Below are positions 1-8,676 of a stretch of 64,000 bases of DNA, one piece after another. The notes under the pieces are model-generated. The model had not been told where the DNA came from. It searched no databases and saw only the letters and a program-made list of their open reading frames with translations. The position numbers and the translations under genes are program-made. This stretch comes from an uncultured Gammaproteobacteria bacterium. Lineage in GTDB: Bacteria; Patescibacteriota; Microgenomatia; Daviesbacterales; UBA10151. Where the stretch lies: positions 69,347-133,346 of the forward strand of contig CAZCNP010000002.1 of the NCBI GenBank assembly GCA_964500725.1, written 5' to 3'. Every line of letters begins with the position of its first letter. Position 1 is the stretch's first letter.

Positions 1-390
1 TTTCTGCGTTTCTCCAAAAACTTTTACCTTTTTACCTTCGTATTGAGAAAGATCAACCACAGAAGAAGTCAAAGCAACAGGCACAGCACCTTCTCTTACA
101 AGCACATGTGTTCCTTCAACATATTCTGAAGGATCAGATGGTTGTGGTTTGGCTTTGAGGGTGCCTTGGGCAAAATCTTTAAAAGTTCTGGTGTCTTGTT
201 GGGCAGATTTTGCAGCTCCTATAGCAAGGGGAGAGGCTTTTGAGCTGCCTTTTGTTGAGAGTATATATCCAGTTAGGGTACCTAAAACTAGGGCAGTAAT
301 AACCACTCCCAGCAGTAAACGTTTAGGATCGTTAACATTTATCAGAGGTTTGGTAATTTTTTCTTCAAACTGCGTTCTTAGAGTTACCAT
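1..390 (-). CDS. Hypothetical single-pass membrane protein, 3' end outside the window
   Basis: Manual translation from ATG at 390 stays open to the window edge: MVTLRTQFEEK...LLLGVVITALVLGTLTGYIL (TM)...EGTHVLVREGAVPVALTSSVVDLSQYEGKKVKVFGETQK. Same strand as prfB and just downstream of it. Not in the ORF track because it is truncated. Confidence 0.8.
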   Translation of the reverse strand, partial: MVTLRTQFEEKITKPLINVNDPKRLLLGVVITALVLGTLTGYILSTKGSSKASPLAIGAAKSAQQDTRTFKDFAQGTLKAKPQPSDPSEYVEGTHVLVREGAVPVALTSSVVDLSQYEGKKVKVFGETQK

Positions 391-432
391 AATACAATAT
401 ATTTTAATATAACCATAAATTGAGTAATTTGT

Positions 433-1500
433 CTACCCCTTCCTAATTTCTGCTTCGATAAAATCATTTAGATCACCATCCAAAACAGCATCTGTATTAG
501 AAGTTTCCACATTCGTTCTTAAGTCTTTGACCATATGATAAGGATGCAGTACATAAGATCTGATTTGTGTTCCCCATGAAGCTTGAGTTGTGCTTCCTTT
601 AAGCTCCTTAGTCAGTTGTTTTTTTTCTGCTTCCTGTTTTTCCCACAGTTTTGCCAAAAGCAGTTTCATAGCATTTTCCCTATTTTGCAGTTGTGATCTT
701 TCTGTTTGGGCTGTAACAGTAATACCGGTTGGAAGATGTTTTACCCTGACAGCAGTTGAGACTTTATTAACATTTTGTCCTCCTGCCCCTCCTGATCTAA
801 AAGCTTCAAATTCAATATCTGCCTCGTTAATCTCGACTTCTTCAGGGTTAATTACTGGTAATGTTTCAACTAAGGCAAATGAGGTTTGTCTTAAATTATC
901 AGCATTAAAAGGGGATTGTCTGACCAGCCTATGAGTCCCAGCCTCGCCTTTTAAATAGCCAAAAGTAAAAGGTTCATGTACAATCATGGAAACTGTTTTA
1001 ATGCCTGCTTCCTCACCCGGGTTTTCATCGGTTATTTCGTATTTCCAATTTTGTCTGTCAAAATATCTTTGGTACATTCTTACAAGCATAGCTGCCCAAT
1101 CCATGGCCTCAACTCCTCCTGCTCCTGAATGAACGGATAAAATAGCTTGTGATCCGTCATGGGGGTTTGATAAAAATAGTTTCAGCTCTAATTTATCCAA
1201 TATTTCCCCTATTTCTTTTACCTCTTTTTTCAGGTCTTCCTGCATAGAAGGTTCTTCTGAAATTTCTAAACAGTTTCCAATCCTGGTTTCTAGTTCTTCC
1301 AATGTTTTTACTGTTTTCTGTTTGTCTGAAAGCTTCCGACTGATGACTGATGACTCCTGAGGATTATTCCAAAAACCCTCTTTCATGGTTTGGGCTTCTA
1401 GTTTTCTGATTTCTTGTCTTAATTCATCCTGGTCAATAGACTCTGAAACTTTCCCAAACCTTTCTTTTAATTCTTTTAACTTATTTTGTATCTCTTCCAT
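433..1500 (-). CDS. prfB: Peptide chain release factor 2
   Basis: GGQ motif ([11 protein letters not shown]), RF2 SPF tripeptide (HRLVRQSPF), [13 protein letters not shown] and VLDGDL; 355 aa in one uninterrupted frame. Confidence 0.97.
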   Translation of the reverse strand: MEEIQNKLKELKERFGKVSESIDQDELRQEIRKLEAQTMKEGFWNNPQESSVISRKLSDKQKTVKTLEELETRIGNCLEISEEPSMQEDLKKEVKEIGEILDKLELKLFLSNPHDGSQAILSVHSGAGGVEAMDWAAMLVRMYQRYFDRQNWKYEITDENPGEEAGIKTVSMIVHEPFTFGYLKGEAGTHRLVRQSPFNADNLRQTSFALVETLPVINPEEVEINEADIEFEAFRSGGAGGQNVNKVSTAVRVKHLPTGITVTAQTERSQLQNRENAMKLLLAKLWEKQEAEKKQLTKELKGSTTQASWGTQIRSYVLHPYHMVKDLRTNVETSNTDAVLDGDLNDFIEAEIRKG

Positions 1501-1536
1501 AAGGGAAATTATATACTTTTGCTGTATAATTTCCTA
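1501..1536. promoter_or_regulatory. Divergent promoter with back-to-back TATAAT -10 boxes inside a perfect 10-bp inverted repeat
   Basis: GGAAATTATA (1504-1513) and TATAATTTCC (1525-1534). TATAAT lies 7 nt before the prfB ATG and 6 nt before the tsaB ATG. Confidence 0.7.
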
Positions 1537-1839
1537 ATGATTCTGTCTATTGATACCAAACATCAGAAAGTGGTTAGGGTAGAGATAAAAGATAAGGCAA
1601 AAGTGATAGGAAGTTTATCTGAGGAAAATGAATATGGATCACAAGTCCTTTTGCCCCTTATTCTGCAATTACTACGAACTACAAACTCCGAACTACGAAC
1701 TCTTAAAGGTATAGAAGTAGAAACTGGACCAGGGTCTTTTACTGGGTTAAGGGTTGGGGCTTCTGTTGCTAATGCTTTGGGGTTTTCTTTAGGAATTCCT
1801 GTTAATGGTAAAAAAATTGAGACAGAGTTGGTATACTAG
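1537..1839 (+). CDS. tsaB: Minimal TsaB (tRNA t6A biosynthesis protein), about 100 aa
   Basis: N-terminal ILSIDT motif and GPGSFTGLRVG signature. ATG 1537 preferred over 1486, which overlaps prfB. Confidence 0.85.
   Translation: MILSIDTKHQKVVRVEIKDKAKVIGSLSEENEYGSQVLLPLILQLLRTTNSELRTLKGIEVETGPGSFTGLRVGASVANALGFSLGIPVNGKKIETELVY
1674..1701 (+). repeat. Four degenerate tandem heptamers inside tsaB
   Basis: ACGAACT ACAAACT CCGAACT ACGAACT, encoding ...LRTTNSELRTL... Confidence 0.75.
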
Positions 1840-1843
1840 AAGA

Positions 1844-2719
1844 ATGGCCTTGCGTAATTGGTTTTTGCCTCACAAAGATACCCATAAAAAAGCGCATTTA
1901 ATTTCTTGGGAAGGTTTAGTTATTTATATCTTAATTTTTATTCTGCTGCAGGTAAGTTTTTCTATTATAAGTTATACCAAACCAGGGATTTTAGGGATTA
2001 CTTCCAGTGTTAATCAAAAGATTCTTATAGAGCTTACCAATCAGGAAAGGCAAAAAGCAGGCCTCTCTCAAGTTTCAGAAAATGAGGCATTAAACAAAGC
2101 AGCATACCTTAAAGCTCAAAACATGTTTGCTGAAAACTACTGGGCTCACTTTGCTCCTTCTGGGAAATCTCCTTGGGATTTTATCTTAGGAGCAGGTTAT
2201 AAGTTTACTTTTGCTGGGGAAAATTTAGCCAAAAATTTTTATTCTTCTGATGAGGTAGTAAAAGCCTGGATGGCCTCACCTACTCACAGGGATAATTTAT
2301 TAAATTCCAAATATAAAGATATAGGGATAGCTGTGGTGGAGGGGGTATTAGATGGTCAAAAAACTACACTGGTAGTACAGGAATTTGGAACAACACAAAG
2401 TTTGGCTGCAAATCCTGCCGTTGCAGTTCAAGGAAAACAGGTTGTAGTGCCGCCAAAAGTTATAGCCAATCCTCCTCAGCTAATAGAAGGAGCAACGCAG
2501 GCTAAAGTTAGTCCTAAAGTATTGGTAGATCCTTACTCAGTATCTAAGGTAGCTGGATTATCAGTTATAACTTTGATTGTAGTATTGCTTACTATCGATA
2601 TTGTGGTTTTGAAAAGAAGAGGAGTTTTTAGATTATCTTCTCATCATATTGCCCATATGGCTCTTTTATCATTGGCAGCTGGCAGTATGTTTATGTTAGG
2701 TCCAGGTAGTATTTTATGA
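1844..2719 (+). CDS. Membrane-anchored CAP/SCP-domain protein
   Basis: TNQER...GL, AYLKAQNM, YWAH, AGENLA, WMASPTHRDNLL and IGIAV are CAP motifs; one N-terminal TM and two C-terminal TMs. Start ATG 1844. Confidence 0.9.
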   Translation: MALRNWFLPHKDTHKKAHLISWEGLVIYILIFILLQVSFSIISYTKPGILGITSSVNQKILIELTNQERQKAGLSQVSENEALNKAAYLKAQNMFAENYWAHFAPSGKSPWDFILGAGYKFTFAGENLAKNFYSSDEVVKAWMASPTHRDNLLNSKYKDIGIAVVEGVLDGQKTTLVVQEFGTTQSLAANPAVAVQGKQVVVPPKVIANPPQLIEGATQAKVSPKVLVDPYSVSKVAGLSVITLIVVLLTIDIVVLKRRGVFRLSSHHIAHMALLSLAAGSMFMLGPGSIL

Positions 2720-2871
2720 TCATTAAAGTTTTAATTGCGGGCATTTTAGCTTATCTTTTGTGGGCGCTGTTTCATCATAGGCGCGATAAGAGTTTGACTT
2801 TTTCTGTACTTGTGGAGTATCTTTTAACTGCTGTCTTGGCAACAATATTGATATTTGGAGTAATTTACTAA
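2716..2871 (+). CDS. Small two-TM membrane protein, 51 aa (absent from the ORF track)
   Basis: MIIKVLIAGILAYLLWALFHHRRDKSLTFSVLVEYLLTAVLATILIFGVIY*. ATGA overlap with the CAP gene stop; ends 2 nt before rmlA and fills the gap exactly. Confidence 0.8.
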   Translation: MIIKVLIAGILAYLLWALFHHRRDKSLTFSVLVEYLLTAVLATILIFGVIY

Positions 2872-2873
2872 AG

Positions 2874-3956
2874 ATGAAAGCAATTATACCAACAGGTGGG
2901 CGCGGTACCAGAATGCGTCCCTTAACTTTTTCTACTAACAAACATTTTATTCCAGTTGCCAACAAACCCTTAATTTTTTATCCTATTGAAACAATAGCTG
3001 ATGCAGGTATCAAAGAGGTGGCTATAACTTATAACCCAGGAGGTTTGGAAGAAGCAAAAGCATACCTAGGAGATGGCAGTAGGTGGAACTTAAATTTAAC
3101 TTATGTTTTGCAAGAAAAACCAGCTGGACTTGCTAATATTGTCCAAGTTTGTGAGGAGTTTGTTGGTGGAGACTGCTTTGTTTTTCATCTAGGTGACAAT
3201 ATGTTTGTGGATGGAATTGCCGAGCAGGTTGACTATTTTGAGAAGGAAAAACCTAATGGTTTGGTGACAATGATTCATCATAATGAAAATAGGAGGATGG
3301 GAGTGCCTTACTTTAACGATGAAGGCAGGCTTATCAAATATGTAGAAAAACCAGAAAACCCTCCTCATGATTTTGCTGTTCCAGGAGTGTATTTTGGAGA
3401 TAGTAATTTCTTTAAATGTTTTAAAGGCCCGAATGCGCTAAAGCCATCTGCGCGGGGAGAGTATGAAATTCCAGGCGCTTTTCAGTGGTTAATTGATAAT
3501 GGTTTTCGGGTTGATGCTTTGGAATATAAAGGAGTATGGCTGGATCCTGGAAAATTTGATGATTGGATTGATGCAAACCAATACATGTTAAAAAATAAAT
3601 TAAAGGAAAATATTGAATGCAAAGTTGATCCAAGCAGTAAATTACAAGGGACAGTAGCTTTAGGTACAGGATGTAGTGTAGTCAACTCTAAAATCACAGG
3701 TCCAGTCGCAATTGGTGATAATGTGACTATTACCAACTCAGAAATTGGCAGCTATACCTCAATTGCTGGCAATTGTGAAGTAGTAAACAGCAAAGTTTCA
3801 AATAGCGTGCTGATGAATGGGGTAAAGATTTTGGATGTAAGGGAACATCCAGTTGATAATAGTTTAATTGGTACAGATTCTGAAGTTATTGGTAAAGATG
3901 GCAGAGGAGCCACAACATCTCTTTTTGTTGGAGAAAAGTGTAAAATACAAATTTAA
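2874..3956 (+). CDS. rfbA: Glucose-1-phosphate thymidylyltransferase, long form with C-terminal left-handed beta-helix
   Basis: GGRGTRMRPLT...K, EKP, SARGEYEI and hexapeptide-like repeats at the C-terminus; first gene of the rml cluster. Confidence 0.9.
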   Translation: MKAIIPTGGRGTRMRPLTFSTNKHFIPVANKPLIFYPIETIADAGIKEVAITYNPGGLEEAKAYLGDGSRWNLNLTYVLQEKPAGLANIVQVCEEFVGGDCFVFHLGDNMFVDGIAEQVDYFEKEKPNGLVTMIHHNENRRMGVPYFNDEGRLIKYVEKPENPPHDFAVPGVYFGDSNFFKCFKGPNALKPSARGEYEIPGAFQWLIDNGFRVDALEYKGVWLDPGKFDDWIDANQYMLKNKLKENIECKVDPSSKLQGTVALGTGCSVVNSKITGPVAIGDNVTITNSEIGSYTSIAGNCEVVNSKVSNSVLMNGVKILDVREHPVDNSLIGTDSEVIGKDGRGATTSLFVGEKCKIQI

Positions 3957-4960
3957 TGAAACTTCTTGTTACAGGTGGAGCTGGGTTTATCGGATCTAAC
4001 TTTGTGCGTTACTGGATAAAGAATCATCCTGAGGATGAAATAATAATTTTTGATCTCCTAACTTATGCAGGGCATTTAAGTAGTCTGAAAGATGTTGAAA
4101 ATAACCCTAATTATAAATTTATTCAGGGGGATATTACTGATGTAGAAGCTGTTGAGCAGGCTTTGGAAGGTGTTGATATAGTGGTTCATTTTGCAGCTGA
4201 ATCACATGTTGATCGTTCAATTATTGATCCATTGAAGTTTGTAAAAACTAATGTTTTGGGTACTGCAGTTTTATTAAACGCTGCCTTGGATGCAAAAATT
4301 AAAAAGTTTCATCATGTCTCAACAGATGAAGTATACGGAGAGTTGAAACCAAACGATCCTCCATTTGTAGAAAATACACCTTATCAGCCCCGGACACCTT
4401 ATTCAGCGTCTAAGGCAGGATCTGATCATTTAGTGAGAGCCTATTTTGAAACTTATGGTTTGCCGATTACTATTACAAATTGCGCTAATAATTATGGTTT
4501 TTATCATGATCCAGAAAAACTTATCCCTCGGTTTATCACCAATTTTTTAGAAGGGAAGAAGGTTCCGTTGATGGGCAAGGGTGAAAATATTAGGGAATGG
4601 CTACACGCAGAAGATCATGCTGCTGCTATTGATCTTGTTTTGCAAAAAGGTAAAGCAGGAGAGACCTATTTAATTGAAGGGGAAGAGAAAACTAATTTAG
4701 AAATTACTCAAATGTTGCTCAAGATTTTAGGAATGGATGAGTCGATGATTGAATTTGTGGAGCACCGATTAGGGCATGATTTCCGTTATGCCATCAATGG
4801 GGAAAAATTGAAGTCTTTGGGTTGGGAAAGAAAACATAGTTTAGAGGAGGATTTGCCTAAAATAGTTGACTGGTATAAAGAAAACGAGTGGTGGTGGAAG
4901 CCTTTAAAAGAGGGGAGACCTAATATTGATCGGGTTGCCCAAAAATCATATGGAAAATAA
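3956..4960 (+). CDS. rfbB: dTDP-glucose 4,6-dehydratase
   Basis: GGAGFIGSNF, HFAAESHVDRSI, STDEVYG, YSASKA, HDFRYA. Confidence 0.96.
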   Translation: MKLLVTGGAGFIGSNFVRYWIKNHPEDEIIIFDLLTYAGHLSSLKDVENNPNYKFIQGDITDVEAVEQALEGVDIVVHFAAESHVDRSIIDPLKFVKTNVLGTAVLLNAALDAKIKKFHHVSTDEVYGELKPNDPPFVENTPYQPRTPYSASKAGSDHLVRAYFETYGLPITITNCANNYGFYHDPEKLIPRFITNFLEGKKVPLMGKGENIREWLHAEDHAAAIDLVLQKGKAGETYLIEGEEKTNLEITQMLLKILGMDESMIEFVEHRLGHDFRYAINGEKLKSLGWERKHSLEEDLPKIVDWYKENEWWWKPLKEGRPNIDRVAQKSYGK

Positions 4961-5501
4961 CTACATTAAAAAAACATCTATTCCTGGACTGTTAATTTTA
5001 GAAAGACCAATATTATCAGATGAGCGGGGTTTTTTTAGGGAATTATTCCATAAAGATGAATTAGAAAAAATAAGCGGTATTAAATTTGATGGTGTGCAAA
5101 TGAATCACTCACATTCTGTTTCTGGAGTTATAAGAGGTATTCACGCGGAGCAATGGAATAAAATTATTTATCCAGTTTCCGGAGAGGTTTTTATAGCAAT
5201 AGTTGATATAAGACCAGATTCTCCAACTTTCGGAAAGGTAGAAACCTTTAATGTTGGTGAGAATAACAGAATAGGGCTTTTTATACCAAATGGACTGGCT
5301 AATTCAGTTTGTGTAATAGGAGAAAAGCCGGTGGATTATATTTATTTAGTAGATGCTTACTGGGATGGATCAGATACCAGAGCAATTGCCTGGGATGATC
5401 CTGATTTGCAGATTGACTGGCCTGTTAAAAATCCTGTAATTTCTGAAAGAGACAAAAATAATCCAAAGTTGAGAGAGTTATTTCCGGAGAAGTTTAAATG
5501 A
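4950..5501 (+). CDS. rfbC: dTDP-4-dehydrorhamnose 3,5-epimerase
   Basis: DERGFFRE, RGIH, VDIRPDSPTFG, WDDPDL.IDWP, SERD. ATG 4950. Confidence 0.93.
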   Translation: MENNYIKKTSIPGLLILERPILSDERGFFRELFHKDELEKISGIKFDGVQMNHSHSVSGVIRGIHAEQWNKIIYPVSGEVFIAIVDIRPDSPTFGKVETFNVGENNRIGLFIPNGLANSVCVIGEKPVDYIYLVDAYWDGSDTRAIAWDDPDLQIDWPVKNPVISERDKNNPKLRELFPEKFK

Positions 5502-6397
5502 AAAAGGTTTTAGTATTTGGTGGCAGTGGTTTAGTTGGTTCTAAATTTATTGATTTATATTCAAACGACTTTGAAATTAAAGCTCCTGATGCATCTTCTG
5601 TAGATATATTAAAAAAAGACCAGGTTGCAAATATAGTAGAGGAATTTAACCCTGATAGCATTATTAATTTTGCAGCTTACACCAATGTTGAAGAAGCTGA
5701 GAAACAAAAAGGGGATAAAGCAGGTATTTGCTATTTAATAAATTCAATTGGAGCAAAGAATGTTGCGGAGATTGCAAAAGAATTTAATAAAAAGTTAATT
5801 CATATCTCAACAGAATATGTTTTTGACGGGACCAAAGATGTAAGTCCGTATACAGAAGAGGACAAACCTAACCCTATTAATTGGTATGGGCAAACAAAAT
5901 ATTTTGGGGAACAGTTTGTTTTAGAAAGCGAATGTTCTGCTGTAATAGTTAGGATATGTATGCCCTATAGCGCATTTTACGAGTTAAAAAAAGATGTTGC
6001 CAGGTTTTTCCTCGAGCAATTAAAGAATGGTAATCAGATAAAAGCAATTGAAGATCAAAGAATCACCCCCACTTTGGTAGATGATATCGCTAATGGTTTG
6101 AGGGTAATAGTTGAATCAAGCGCAAATGGGCTTTATCATGTTAGCAGTATAGATAGTGTAACTCCTTTAGAATTTGCAAAAACCATTGCTGAGACCTTTA
6201 AGCTAAATTATTCACTTATTAGCTCCATTGATTTTGATGAGTATAATAAAGGCAAGCAAGCAAAATTATTGAAATTTTCTTGGTTAAATCCTGCAAAGTT
6301 TGAAGAACAATTTGGGGAAGGAATACTGCATACAGTTGAGCAAGGATTAGTTATTTTTAAAAGAGCTGTTGACGAAAAAGGAAAGAATCAGCTATAG
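5498..6397 (+). CDS. rfbD: dTDP-4-dehydrorhamnose reductase
   Basis: GGSGLVG, AAYTNVEEAE, ISTEYVFDG, PINWYGQTKYFGE, DQ..TPT. Confidence 0.92.
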   Translation: MKKVLVFGGSGLVGSKFIDLYSNDFEIKAPDASSVDILKKDQVANIVEEFNPDSIINFAAYTNVEEAEKQKGDKAGICYLINSIGAKNVAEIAKEFNKKLIHISTEYVFDGTKDVSPYTEEDKPNPINWYGQTKYFGEQFVLESECSAVIVRICMPYSAFYELKKDVARFFLEQLKNGNQIKAIEDQRITPTLVDDIANGLRVIVESSANGLYHVSSIDSVTPLEFAKTIAETFKLNYSLISSIDFDEYNKGKQAKLLKFSWLNPAKFEEQFGEGILHTVEQGLVIFKRAVDEKGKNQL

Positions 6398-6407
6398 TAG
6401 ACAAAAT

Positions 6408-7424
6408 ATGGTACAAAGTAAGAGAGCTTTTATAACTGGAGTAAGCGGACAAGATGGATCCTATTTATCAGAGTTCCTTTTAGATAAGGGATATGAAGTG
6501 GCTGGTTTGGTACGCAGAAATGCAGCCTTAGATTTTGGAAACGCTAATGAGATTAAAGATGAGATAAAAATTTATTATGGGGATTTGCATTCTCCGGAAT
6601 CAATTGCCTTAGCATTATTGGATTTCAAGCCGGATGAAATATATAACTTAGCTTCTTTATCATCACCCTTAGGGTCATTTAGTGACAAATTAGGAGCAAT
6701 TATGATTACAGGGGTGGGTGCTTTGCATGTTTTTGAAAGAGCTAAAAGTATTGTTCCAGAGGCAAAAATATATCAAGCATCAACATCTGAAATGTTTGGA
6801 GCCCCTAAGCAAGTTCCTCAGAATGAAGAGACTGTTTTTGCTCCTGCTAATCCTTATGCAGCTGCAAAAGAGTTTGCTCACAGAATGGCAGCTATTGCAA
6901 GGAATGATAAAAATCAACCTCAATTTATTTCCTGTGGAATTTTGTTTAATCATGAAAGCCCAAGACGGGGTTTAAATTTTGTTACTAGAAAAATTACTGC
7001 TGCTGTTGCCATAATTAAGAATGGTCGAAAAGAAGGCATACCACTAAATGAAATAGGCGACCCAATTGTAGAAAACGGCAAAGTGAAATTGGGCGACCTT
7101 AGTGCAAAGCGGGATTGGGGTTTTGCACCTGATTATGTTGAGCTTATGTGGATGATATTACAGCATGAAAAGGCAGATGATTTTGTAGCAGCAACAGGTG
7201 AAATTCATACTGTTGAAGAGTTTGCTAAAGAAGCATTTGCTGTTGTAGGTTTAGACTGGAAAGATCATGTTGAAACTGATTCACATCTTGTGCCACCTGT
7301 ACAAACAGGGCCGCTTTGCGGAGATGCTTCAAAAGCTAAAAAGGTTTTAGGATGGGAACCAAAAACAACTTTTTCCGATTTGGTTAAAATTATGGTTCAT
7401 GCTGATCTGGCAAAATTCTCCTAA
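6408..7424 (+). CDS. gmd: GDP-mannose 4,6-dehydratase
   Basis: ITGVSGQDGSYL, QASTSEMFG, PYAAAK, GILFNHESPRRG, FVTRKIT, RDWGFA. ATG 6408. Confidence 0.93.
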   Translation: MVQSKRAFITGVSGQDGSYLSEFLLDKGYEVAGLVRRNAALDFGNANEIKDEIKIYYGDLHSPESIALALLDFKPDEIYNLASLSSPLGSFSDKLGAIMITGVGALHVFERAKSIVPEAKIYQASTSEMFGAPKQVPQNEETVFAPANPYAAAKEFAHRMAAIARNDKNQPQFISCGILFNHESPRRGLNFVTRKITAAVAIIKNGRKEGIPLNEIGDPIVENGKVKLGDLSAKRDWGFAPDYVELMWMILQHEKADDFVAATGEIHTVEEFAKEAFAVVGLDWKDHVETDSHLVPPVQTGPLCGDASKAKKVLGWEPKTTFSDLVKIMVHADLAKFS

Positions 7425-7451
7425 TATTTTGGCCTAGTTGCCAACCTCTTA

Positions 7452-7488
7452 TTGTAAAAAAATAACTCATCAAATATCATATTAAACA
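7452..7488 (+). promoter_or_regulatory. Sigma70-type promoter, near-leaderless
   Basis: TTGTAA (7452-7457), 17-bp spacer, TATCAT (7475-7480), then 8 nt to ATG 7489. Confidence 0.55.
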
Positions 7489-8676
7489 ATGCAAAAGATA
7501 GTTAGCGTAGTTTTACCCACCTTTAACGAGAAAGCAAATATTGTCAGCACTGTTGAGAAAGTCTTTGAGCAGGAGAATAAACTTAAGGACTATAAAATAC
7601 ATATTGTAATTGCAGATGATATTAGATCTTCTGATGGAACAGAGCAAGTCGCCCAACAATTAGCTAAAAAGTACAAAAGAGTTCATTGTTTGAAAGTGAA
7701 CCCAGGGCTTGGTGTAGGTTTGATATCTGGTCATAAATATGCAATTGAAAAATTTCATCCATATGTTTTAGCTCAACTTGATGCTGATGGCCAGGTGGCA
7801 CCAGATATTTTAGTAAGACTTGTTAAAACCATTGAGCAAGGTTATACCCTGGCAATTGGCTCCAGATTTATCAGTGGGGGTAAAAATCAATTATCTTTTA
7901 TGAGAAGGCTTTTTACTTATGGGGCATCGATTGTCTGCAGGTTGTTTATAGGCCCATGGGATATTAAAGAAGTTACTAACTCTGCCAGAGCGTTTACTCC
8001 TGCTCTTTTCCAAAAAATCAATTTAGAAAGATTGCCTTGGCGTGAGCGGACTTTTATTGTGCAACCTGCTTTTTTGCATGAGGCAATTCTAGCAGGCGCT
8101 AAGTATAAAGAGGTGCCATTGGTATTTAAAGACCGTCTAGAAGGTTATTCTAAAAATAAAGTATTTAACTATACCTATGATATTATTGCCTATTGCTTAG
8201 ATGTAAGATTAAACTCTTGGGGAGTAAAAGTTCCTGTCTATAAGTTATCCAGGAAGGCAAAAACTGTAGTTAAGTTTGCTTTAGTTGGATTTGTTGGAAC
8301 AATGATAGACTTTTTATTTTATAAAATATTTATTAATATGTTCGGTGTTCCTCCAGCAACTTCAAAAGGTATCTCTACAGAGATTGCAATATTAAACAAT
8401 TTTATCTTAAATAATTATTGGACATTTAGGTACCGCAAAACAAAAACAAACATCTGGCAGAAATTGGGAATATTTAATTTAGTAAGTTTAGGTGGGCTTA
8501 TTATAGGTGTTTTAATAGTAAAGTTTTTACATCTTACTTTCGGAGATGGATTTGTAGATATACTTGGGCGTCCGATCGCTTACAATAACTTTTATTTTTT
8601 TGCAACTATTCCTCCAGTTATGCTTTGGAATTTTACAGTTAACCACCTTATTACTTGGCGTAACCAAGAAGACTAG
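7489..8676 (+). CDS. GT2 polyprenol-phosphate glycosyltransferase (DPM1-like) fused to a C-terminal GtrA-like domain
   Basis: VVLPTFNE, DADGQ, GSRF..GG and GYSK, followed by KFALVGFVGT..DF, NNFILNNYWTF and WNF..N.LITW, typical of GtrA. Confidence 0.88.
   Translation: MQKIVSVVLPTFNEKANIVSTVEKVFEQENKLKDYKIHIVIADDIRSSDGTEQVAQQLAKKYKRVHCLKVNPGLGVGLISGHKYAIEKFHPYVLAQLDADGQVAPDILVRLVKTIEQGYTLAIGSRFISGGKNQLSFMRRLFTYGASIVCRLFIGPWDIKEVTNSARAFTPALFQKINLERLPWRERTFIVQPAFLHEAILAGAKYKEVPLVFKDRLEGYSKNKVFNYTYDIIAYCLDVRLNSWGVKVPVYKLSRKAKTVVKFALVGFVGTMIDFLFYKIFINMFGVPPATSKGISTEIAILNNFILNNYWTFRYRKTKTNIWQKLGIFNLVSLGGLIIGVLIVKFLHLTFGDGFVDILGRPIAYNNFYFFATIPPVMLWNFTVNHLITWRNQED

Noticed and set aside
149-412. 87-aa plus-strand ORF from the track
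   Set aside because: It is the antisense shadow of the more protein-like minus-strand ORF at 1-390, which is co-oriented with prfB.
2723-2965. 80-aa minus-strand ORF
   Set aside because: It overlaps rmlA and the coupled 51-aa plus-strand gene on the opposite strand and has no recognisable motifs.
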